A stretch of DNA of 64,000 bases from Macrostomum lignano (lineage: Eukaryota). A model generated the notes under the pieces. The model did no database searches. It was not told the DNA's origin and worked only from the letters and a program-made list of their open reading frames with translations. The stretch is from positions 89,560 to 153,559 of the forward strand of contig NIVC01003052.1 of assembly GCA_002269645.1 (NCBI GenBank). The letters run 5' to 3'. Position numbers and translations under genes: made by a program. Positions within the stretch are counted from its first letter, which is position 1, and every line of letters starts with the position of its first letter. Shown here in pieces: positions 25,073-34,986 of the stretch.

Positions 25073-26462
25073 GGCTACAGGTCAAAAGGGCAACAGATCA
25101 AAAGGGTGACAGTCAAAAGGGCGACAGTTATAGTGCATTTATATTGAAAATACAAGTTCCACGTACTTTAAAAGTATTTGTTAAAAGCAGTAAACATGTA
25201 TCATACTTGTATTTGTTAAAATGCATTGTTAAAATTGTACGCGCAGTTAAAATGGGGTTGTATAAAAGCTGGACATGTATTGAACATATTATTAAATGTT
25301 AAAATGTGGTTCAGTGAGGTCCATTTATTTCACTACCCGCCTTCAGTAGATCATCCGCCGAGCAGTTGCCACGCTTGAATTCTCTCTAGTATTTGAAGTA
25401 CTGGGCCTGCATACTTCGGTATCTGTTGCACTGTACGCGGCGCATTACTCCTTGGGAGAGGAGCTGCACCTCTATGGGGATCATTCGCGCTTCATTGAAT
25501 AGGAGCTTGATGAGCAGGTAGAATTGGATGTTTTTTCGCTGGGCTCTGTAGTTTAGAGCGCGATGCCAGCTCTCTAAGTCATTGTTGGTCCTAACTGCCT
25601 GTTGAAGTAAAGAAAAATATTTTTTTTCTGGCTGCCTAGTAGTAGCAGATTTAAAGGGGGGCGCACAGGGTGCGCGCACCCTGTCGAGTTTGATTTTTTC
25701 TTATTTTCTATGGAAAGTACACATTTTCAAGTACATATACATGTACACCATGATATGCATAAACATGCACCTTAATTAGTACTCTGCATCCATGTGCACT
25801 TTTACTCCTACATGTGCACTTTATTTGTACATGTACTTTTTATATGCATTGTACTGTCTTTTCCAAGTTCTCTCCAAGATTGCAATGATATTTTCCGGGT
25901 ATATAACAGATTTTTTTCATAACTTCACCTGTCTGTATATAGAGATGTCATGGACATTCCAGATGGAGCTGGTGATCCACCTCACTTGGACATAGTCGCA
26001 CAGGGCAGACAGGAGAGATGTTAGAGTAGTCTCGACACAGAGATGGTAAAATGTCATCGCAATATGCTGAGGTGGCAGGAAAGGGAGCGCCATCAGCTTT
26101 TGGCAGAATCACTGAGTTCCATCATTGTCACAGTATGCTGGCTGCTTAAATTCAGGCGTGGCAACCACACTCAGCACTTATATGGTATAGTGATTTCAGT
26201 GAATGAAATAAATAAACCCCACTGATCTATGTTTCAATGTACAATGTATGAGCGTACATTAAATATTAGAACCCCATTCTAACATACAAGTACAAATTGT
26301 CAGCACAAAAATTGTTATTGCTAAGATTCTAAGATTTTCTAAGAAACGAGGTTTCCCGTCCTTCCACTTAAGTAGTTCTTGGTCTAATATCCTGTCGCCC
26401 TTTTGACTGTCGCCCTTTTAATTGTCGCCCTTTTTATCTGTCGCCTTTTTGATCAGTTGCTA
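25073..26462 (-). pseudogene. Decayed Mutator-like (MULE) transposon with a C-terminal transposase remnant
   Basis: Inverted subterminal repeats aaaagggcgacag. The minus strand encodes KLMALPFLPPQHI..F..L...DYVQVRWI...W...SIYRQ, then an intron (25928-25599), then AVRTNNDLESWHRALN, with in-frame stops. Confidence 0.8.
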
Positions 26463-27579
26463 TCTAAAAGACCCAACCAAATGTTGATGGTTGACTTGAG
26501 TCACTTGACCAATATATATATATTAACTTTTTAAATACTAACTTTTAAGGTTATTTTGCAATAGTTTAGCAAATGTGTTATTATCATTGAATAGCAGTGA
26601 GGCCAGTGATCATAACAATGCTCCATACGTATACAACAGTTAGCTGATCTGGCCAATTGATTTAGTGGCCAACTAAGATAAGTTGCAAAAATGCCTACCC
26701 AAATAAATACCTAAGTAGTAAGTAAATAACCAGGCATTTTACCTTAATAAGACAGTCATAGTTATTCCTGCCGTTTACCCAAAGTTGCATTAATTTTGCT
26801 TTAGGGTTTCTTTTATATGTAAGTTGCATTTTTGGCCAAAAACTGTCACATTTTTTGTAAAAAATAAGTTGCATGGCTGACTGAATTTTGGAGGTTGCGT
26901 ATGTGTGCAATGCTCATAACAGCCAGCTAATCACAATCATTAAACTATAAACTAGGAGCCTAGCCTACTCTGTCTTCTGATTTACTAACTATAAAAAAGT
27001 AAGTTGTAGGCATTAGCATGCGCTGCATTCACTATGCCATACTATGCTTTGTATGTGTGAGTATAAGTGCTAAGGTGCTGCTGGCATGTGTAAATTTTGC
27101 AAATATAATGAATGCTATGCTTGTGGCAATGTTAAATTAAGATTTTGTCAACATTGGTTTGCAGAATGGCAGTTGCAAAAATGACAAGTTATTAACATTT
27201 TACTTTAAAATCAGGGGTGTTACGTAGGCCACCCTATAATATAGGCTTCTTAGGCCTAGCCTTTAGACAATAGGCCTAGTGGTGCGGCACATGGCAATGC
27301 ATAGCTTAGAATTCAAGAATTGAACTAGAATTCATGTGCCAGTTTGTAATTAGAATAGAAAAATAGTTGTTAGCATGCAAAATTCATAATGCAGGATTTA
27401 ACTAGGCCTATAGGCCCTAATTATAACTCATAAGAAACCTTATTTATTTATATTTATTGCAAGTTATAACACCTTAAACCTCTAGACCAAGGGTTGACAA
27501 ACTCTGGCCTACAGGCCACATGCAGCCTATAGGCTATAAAGCCTTTCTATCTAGTTCTTGTGTGCTTTGAAACTTCACA

Positions 27580-28010
27580 ATAGTAATCTTGCCCACTTAA
27601 GGTTAGTGTCTCTTCTAATTTCTCTCCCATCTCTTTCCTCTCATCTCTTTTCTCTTCTTTTCTCTCTTTTCCCTTCTTTCTTCTTTCCTTTCTTCTTTTC
27701 TCTTCTCACCTCTAATTTCTTCTTTTCTCTCACCTCCTCTTTTCTATCATCTTTTTATTCCTCTCATCTCTTTTTTCCTCCATGTCTTTTCTCCTGCCAT
27801 CTATTTCTTTTCTTCTTTTTTTCTTCTTCTCTCCTTTCTTTTTTCTTGCCATCTATTTCTTTTCTTCTCTCCTCTTGTATTATCTCTTCTGACTTCTCTC
27901 TTTTATTTTCTATTTTATATATCTTCTCTCATCTCACTTTTCATCATCTTTCTTTTTTGTCATATCTCATTTTCTATTGAAATTACCCTTCCCATCTCTT
28001 TTTCACTCTC
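27580..28010. repeat. CT-rich low-complexity tract
   Basis: Almost purely pyrimidine on the plus strand. Confidence 0.85.
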
Positions 28011-29421
28011 ATCTGGCCTACAGCAATGATCAAGTTTTTTATCTGGCTCAAGTTTTTTGACCCCTGCTCTAGACTATAGACTGGCACAAAAAGGGAGTTT
28101 TTAGCTTGATTTAGATCTTGGCTGCAAAAAGGCATGGATAGGCCTAACAGAGTGACCAAATTTTAACAACATTTTATCATGTTATAATTTTGCAAACTTA
28201 ATATTCATTTAAGCCTATGTGCCCAATATAGGTATTAGATACTAATCATTTTGGCAACAAATTTTTAGATAAATGTGTTTTTTGGCTGCAATAATTGCCT
28301 TAAATCAGCTTGATATTGGGGACAAAATGTTTACTATAGGGACATTTTGGCAAGAAGCCTATTTTTACAATATAAATTATTATAAGTATATAATTTTTGA
28401 CAAAAAAATTTGATTTTTTTCAAAGGTAAAATAATTTAGAAACCGAGCCATAAAGGCTGAATCCAAAAATGATATAGAAGTAACATATTATAATTTTTAA
28501 TACACTATATCTCTATGGTTCTTTAGTTTTTTAAAGAAGCAAACATACCCAGAAAGAAATGTGCAAAGTTTTATATACAAGAAAATTATAACAAGAAAAT
28601 TTTTAAGAAAATTATAAAATTATAAAAAAAAAATATTTTTTTATTTTGAAGATGTTGGTAGATAGACAGATTGTGTCAATAAGTAGACAGAAGGCATCAG
28701 TAAGTAGACAAGATTCATGGGTAAGTAGATAGATATCAGTAAGTAGACAAGAAGTATCAGTGAAAGGATAGGAAGTGCCAATGAGTGGACATTGATTGGA
28801 TAGATATCAGTGGACTACTGATATTTCCGTAGACACATTGTAGTTGACAATATTAAAAGTTGATTTTGATTTAGATATATATAAAATTGTTTATGCATTG
28901 AAAAAAGCTAAATAGCACATCAAAGAGTGTAAAAATAATTAAATGCTATATAGTGTATTTTCAAAGCTTAAATTTTATATGTAGGCCTATAAACAAATGC
29001 AACAGGATAAAAATTTGTTGAAATAAAAGGCTTCTTTTTGACTATATAGAGCTTGCATAAATGCATGCAAAATAGGTATTCATGTATGATTCTATTCTTA
29101 ATTTGATTGGCTTAAAAATATTAGGAAAGTAAAAAATGATAAATGTGAATTTGTATAGAGTATAGTTCATACGTTAATGCTTTGAATAGAAAATGTGCTG
29201 CAACAATATTTTCACTGTGGAATGAATGTCACATGCATGGGCTAGCCAAGTGCAATGTGTTTTAGTTGATTTTGAAAATTTTGACTGATGTCACCTGGCA
29301 TTGTGGTTTTCAGTTTAGCATCCTGCATTCGAACACAGATATGCCCAAATTTGCTTAATCAACTAATCTAAGCAATTTAATGCAAGAATATCAATACAGA
29401 TTGTGTGTTTAAATCTGATTC

Positions 29422-30069
29422 ATGACCAAGCTACTACTATTAGTAGATTGTCAGACAGCCTTTCTGGCTAATTGGCCAGCCACTGAGGCTGCGCCAATTC
29501 TCGCCGCCTACGAACGGGCAAGTCAGCTGGTTGGCAGCCCGGGCCTGCCTCCCGATCGTGTACTTTTAGTGTACACCCTGTTCGACCTGCGGCATCACGG
29601 CGCCGGGCCCAGCCGGCCATCTGATCTTTATCCAGGCTTGGCTAGGCTACTCGAAACCAGGCAGCTGACAGCTCTGCCTAAATCTGGCACCAATCTATGC
29701 GCTTCGGTTGTTGTCATGCAGTATCTGTGGCGGCTGATTCGCGAATATCGCCTAGATACAATTTACATTGGCGGCGGACCATTGACGTCTAGTATTAGGC
29801 ATTCGGTTTGTAGATTACGAGAACGATTGCCCGCTAATATTCGCTTGGCTCTAGTTAGGTCTTTGTGCGCGTCTCGATTGTCCAATGGTAGGCCAATGTG
29901 CTCAGCCTGTCTGGGCCTGTACATGGAGTCTGGCGAGCCGAGGCACTGTCCCAGCTGCGGATTGGACTCTCGGTGTCAGTCAGCCGATCAGCAGGCTATG
30001 GAAGCTGTGCAGGCTGCTGGGGTGCACGTTGTTGAGTCACTGTCCGCTTGGGAACTGCTTGTTGACTGA
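29422..30069 (+). CDS. Isochorismatase/cysteine-hydrolase-fold protein with an inserted CxxC-CxxC motif, 215 aa, intronless
   Basis: LLLVDCQTAF (catalytic Asp motif), PKS (Lys), LDTIYIGG.PLTSSI (aligns to IDTLVLAG.ATDVCV), LALVRSLCAS and terminal AMEAVQAAGVHVV. GC-rich ORF in AT-rich flanks. Confidence 0.75.
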   Translation: MTKLLLLVDCQTAFLANWPATEAAPILAAYERASQLVGSPGLPPDRVLLVYTLFDLRHHGAGPSRPSDLYPGLARLLETRQLTALPKSGTNLCASVVVMQYLWRLIREYRLDTIYIGGGPLTSSIRHSVCRLRERLPANIRLALVRSLCASRLSNGRPMCSACLGLYMESGEPRHCPSCGLDSRCQSADQQAMEAVQAAGVHVVESLSAWELLVD

Positions 30070-30971
30070 ATTGATTGATTGTTCTATTCTCCCGACGCTA
30101 TGCACCTTCTGGGTGTTTGTATTTTTGTATGATAAAATATCTTTTCTAACGCTAATCTATCCATCTCTCCCTCTCCCTCTCTCATCTCCCCTCCTCCCCC
30201 CTCTCCCTCTCCCCCTCTCCGTCCCCCCTCTTGTCTCCCCTCTTCCTCTCCCCTATTCCTCTCCCCCTATTCCTCTCCCCCTATTCCTCTCCCCCTCTTC
30301 CTCTCCCCCTCTCCCTCTTCAGTCTCCCCCCTCTCTCTGTACCATCTCCATCTCTCTTCCTACCCCCTTCTCCTTTTCTCACCCTTTCTTCCACTCCTCT
30401 CTTTCGCCCTCTTTTTTGAATTCATCCTCTCTACATGAGGTTTAAAGTTATTGTTTTACTTTGGCTCATCTGTTTTGTACATTCGTATTTAAGTACTTGT
30501 TTGTATTTTTTTGCATCTTTAACAATACCGTAATAATATCCTAGTATGAGCAGGCTTCGAATCCCATTTTTAATTAATTATTACAATTTGAATATCAGTG
30601 TTGATTTATTGCTTAATAATATGTTTTTACTTCCGTTCGTTAATTCTAACGGTTTGAGTTGGCAAGTGTCTGGTGGGCTTCTTTAATTTTTACAAAGCTT
30701 GTATTATTGTTTATTATAATTGCATTTTTACAGTTTTACTTTTTAGCTTACCCGTGTCATTTATTCTTTTTTAACTGAATGTTCTGCTTCAGCCTTGAAG
30801 TATTTTGAATTTTACATACCTCCGAGCATGACCTATTCAATTAACGTTTTTATGCGGACCAAGTTTTAATCATTATGATTTGCCTACGTAATGAATTGCA
30901 AATAAAACTGTATAAGTTATACATATTTTCATTAATAACGCAGGAAAACTTTTTTCTTTTATATTTTTACA

Positions 30972-31275
30972 GTTTGTTTGCAGATTGTCACAGTTTGATT
31001 GCAGATTGTCACATATTGATTGCAGATTGTCACTGTTTGATTGCAGATTGTCACAATTTGATTGCAGATTGTCACAGTTTGATTGGAGATTGTCGCACTT
31101 TGATTGCAGATTGTCGCAGTTTGATTGCAGATTGTCACAGTTTGATTGCAGATTGTCACACTTTGATTGCAGATTGTCACATCTTGATTGCAGATTGTCG
31201 CAGTTTGATTGCAGATTGTCACAGTTTGATTGCAGATTGTCACAGTTTGACTGCAGATTGTCACGCTTTGACTGC
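30972..31275. repeat. 21-bp minisatellite upstream of the CHPF-like gene
   Basis: Unit ttgattgcagattgtcacagt. Confidence 0.95.
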
Positions 31276-31319
31276 AGTCAGTCATTCTATTTTCAGCTCT
31301 GCCGCTAAAAAGCACGATA

Positions 31320-34150
31320 ATGCGAGTTGGCAGATTGAAAATCACCGAATTATTGAAATTTCTGGTCGCCTGCGGAATCGGCTACACTCTGAGGGTTTTA
31401 ATTGAATCTTCAAATTATAAATACTCGAGCTCGCTGGCGGGAGAGCGGCTTAATGCCGTTAATTCGATTAGCGAATCGGAGACTGTCGAGCAGACTCGAA
31501 AGCGGCTCTGTGGCGACATTCACGAGCAGCTGAAGATGCCCTACAGACCGGGTCACGAGAATGAGACCATTGAGTATCGCTTCTTCACGCTGGTCAGTTT
31601 AGCTGCTGTTGCACTCATGGCTGATCCTTGCACCAGACCGCCTGCCTGCCAGATCCTCAGTTGCTGGGTCAGCCTCCCATAGTTTCAGTTGCTGGGCCAG
31701 CCTCCCAGATCCTCAGCTGCTGGGCCAGTCTCCCATAGTGTCAGTTGCTGGGCCAGCCTCCCATAGTTTCAGTTGCTAGGCCAGCCTCCCAGATCCTCAG
31801 TTGCTGTGCCTGCCTCCCAGATCCTCAGTTGCCGGGCCAGCCTCCTAGATCCCCAGTTGATGGGCCAGCTTCCTAGATCCCCAGTTGCTGGGCCAGCTTC
31901 CTAGATCCCCAGTTGCTGGGCCAGCTTCCTAGATCCCCAGTTGCTGGGCCAGCTTCCCAGATCCCCAGTTGCTATAGATCCTCAATAAGCGCAGTCGCAA
32001 TCGCCGAAACCCCACAGGACACTCTGTACGATGTGCACCGCTCGGTGCCCAGAACCTCGCTGAAAAAGTACCAGTCAAATGACATCAGGCAGCTGCTGCA
32101 CGAAGCCTTCCCTCTGCTCAATGCCGAGGGCGGCCACCGCTTCGACATTGACGGTCTACGCGGCGGCTACGAACGTATTGACCCGCTGCGCGGTAAAGAG
32201 TACATTATGTACTTGAATTTATCTAGGCGTAAGCGAACTGGCAAATCATCAGAGATTGCTCAGTTAAGATTGGTCAGGCCGTTCTCTAGCCTGTACGTTA
32301 CCTCTAGGACTCATTATGGTGCTCGGCCAACCGCTCACGAAGCTGTGCATCTGATTCTACCCGCTCCGTTTGAGTTAGTTAGCCACTTACTGGCCTGGTT
32401 AGGAGACTTTTCTAAGCGAGTTTTTCCTAGCGCTAGAAATGTACAGGTGAGTACAGGCTTTTTAATAGTACAAACTTGCCATTACATATTCGTTTTAGAT
32501 TCTGCTCCATTCTTAAAAAGACTTTAGCTATGAAATCCACCCCTTCCTACAATTTGGAATCCGCCCCTTCCTACAATTTGGAATCCGCCCCTTCCTACAA
32601 TTTGGAATCCGCCCCTTCCTACAATGGAATCCGCCCCTTCCTACAATGGAATCTGCCCCTTCATACAATGGAATCTGCCCCTTCATACAATGGAATCCGC
32701 CCCTTCATACAATGGAATCCGCCCCTTCCTACAATTTGGAATCCGCCCCTTCCTACAATTTGGAATCCGCCCCTTCCTACAATTTGGAATCCGCCCCTTC
32801 CTACAATGGAATCCGCCCCTTCCTACAATGGAATCTGCCCCTTCATACAATGGAATCTGCCCCTTCATACAATGGAATCTGCCCCTTCATACAATGGAAT
32901 CCGCCCCTTCATACAATGGAATCCGCCCCTTCCTACAATGGAATCCGCCCCTTCCTACAATTTGGAATCCGCTCCTTCCTACAATGGAATCCGCCCCCTC
33001 ATACAATGGAATCCACCCCTTCATACAATGGAATCCGCCCCTTCCTACAATGGAATCCGCCCCTTCATACAATGGAATCCGCCCCTTCATACAATGGAAT
33101 CCGCCCCTTCCTACAATGGAATCCGCCCCTTCCTACAATTTGGAATCCGCTCCTTCCTACAATGGAATCCGCCCCCTCATACAATGGAATCCACCCCTTC
33201 CTACAATTTGGAATCCGCCCCTTCCTACAATGGATCCGCCCTTTCCTATAACGAAAATGCGCTGACGTCACTCTCATATTCAACTATGCCAACATTTCGA
33301 CCCCCGCCAGGTAAGCCTAGTGGTATTCAACCCGGGCAACAATTCGCCCGAACAGCTGAAGCCACTACGGGATGGCCTCAGCCGTCTGGAACATGCTCGG
33401 CCGGGCCTGCACCTGACTCAGAATCTGATTCTGACCCAGCGTCGATTCTCCTCGGCATTTGGCAAACGCTTGGCTATGAAGCGCCTGCCAATGAAAGCTG
33501 AGCTAGTATTGGCCGACTTGTTCTTTCAGTTCCGGCCAGACTTCTTTGACAGATGCCGATCGGCTCTGATGCAGCAGCAGCTGGCTGAGCAGCAAAGAGA
33601 CGACAACGATGAGCAAGCGCCAGGGCCAAGCGACTCAGTGCTCAGCGTGGTACCATTCTCGCTCTATAGTAAAGAATTCTCAGCGTCATCATCAACAACC
33701 GCTGCTATTGACTCGCTATCAATCGATAAATCCACCGGCTATTGGGATCACGAGTCGCGCGATATCTATTGTATTAGACGTCGGACATTTGATAAAGTTG
33801 GCGGATTTACTAGCAGCAGTAGTACTAGTAGCAAATTATCTGCAGACTCTGAGGCTGGCCAGCTGCTATCTACTGAGGCTAATAGGCGCCTATTCGCTAA
33901 TATTGTACGACGCGGCTCGGCTACTATTGAATTGGTTCGTTCAGCCGATCCGGGCGTGTATTTAAATCATCACGTTTTACCTGGCGGCTGTCCCAGGTAT
34001 GCTCTGTTTGGCTATATGACTCTGGCCGAGTGTCGGGCTAGACTAGATCGAAGTCTGGCGTCTAGAGTGTCTCTGGCCGAGCGGATGCTGGGATCCGCTG
34101 ATGACGCTGCCGCTGCTGCCGCCGGAGCTACAGGAACCACTGTCGGTTGA
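31320..34150 (+). CDS. CHPF: Chondroitin polymerizing factor / chondroitin synthase family protein (CHPF-like), about 513 aa
   Basis: Exons 31320-31592, 32018-32446 and 33311-34150, all phase 0 (1542 nt). N-terminal signal anchor FLVACGIGYTLRVL. Motifs GYERIDPLRGKEYIMYL, LRLVRPFS, FQFRPDFFDRCR, TGYWD, LVRSADPG and C..R.D.SLASR match the C-terminal CHPF/CHSY region as recalled. Confidence 0.8.
31650..31975. repeat. 21-bp minisatellite in CHPF-like intron 1, same family as 8388-9430
   Basis: Unit cagatcctcagttgctgggccagc. Confidence 0.9.
32530..33235. repeat. 21-23-bp minisatellite in CHPF-like intron 2
   Basis: Unit tggaatccgccccttcctacaa(tt). Confidence 0.95.
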
Positions 34151-34379
34151 GTTGTTTTTTTTTATTTGAGCTAGTAATAGCAGTATTGATTGATTGAGTT
34201 GTTTGTTTGATTCTTTCAAGTTTGTATGTGCATACAGTAGGAATATTGTATTGTTTAATGCTTTCCGGTTGCTTGGTTATGGCTTTGAAATCTGTTTGTT
34301 TTGCTTTTGGTCAGCTAAATGGTCTGCTTTGCATTGGTTGCTTTCTATAAGTATTCGCATTTGTTGCTAAGACCTTTTC

Positions 34380-34690
34380 TCAGATTGGTTGCTATGGGAT
34401 AATGCATACGTTGGTTGTCAGGGCTAAGTATTCAGATTGGTTGCTATGGAAAATACTCAGATTAGTTGTTAAGGCAAATACTCAGATTGGTTGCTAGGGG
34501 CAGATGCTCAGATTGGTTGCTAGGGCAAATACTCAGATTGGTTGCTATGGCAAATAATCAGATTGGTTGCTAGGGCAAATACTCAGATTGGTTGCTATGG
34601 CAAATAATCAGATTGGTTGCTAGGGCAAATACTCAGATTGGTTGCTAGAGCTAATCGTTGGATTAGTTGCCAAGGCCTGAAAGATTGGTT
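34380..34690. repeat. About 25-bp minisatellite containing ATTGG
   Basis: Unit cagattggttgctagggcaaatact. Confidence 0.85.
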
Positions 34691-34986
34691 GGTCCAGGCG
34701 TGGTAAACTGCAAACTGCAAGTTGTTAATCCTGCTGTGTTTCATGTATGTATCAATAGCTTTTTTACTAGTCTACCTGTTCATTAATTTCCATGATTTAA
34801 GAAGTAAATTTGTATTGCCTAATTAAAATCATTAGCTAATTCTACCGCTAATCTCAAGCTCGCGTTTTTGCTCTAAGGTTGTTAAACTGTATGCTTAATA
34901 ATCTGCTGAATCCATGTAAAAATTGTTATTACATGGTTTGGTTCTCTTTTATTGATTAATTGCATACTAAGTAATTAATAACAAAA

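Noticed and set aside
34380-34690. ATTGG repeats as a CCAAT-box promoter cluster for EXO1
   Set aside because: The motif is simply part of a tandem unit lying just downstream of the CHPF-like stop. There is no independent evidence of function.
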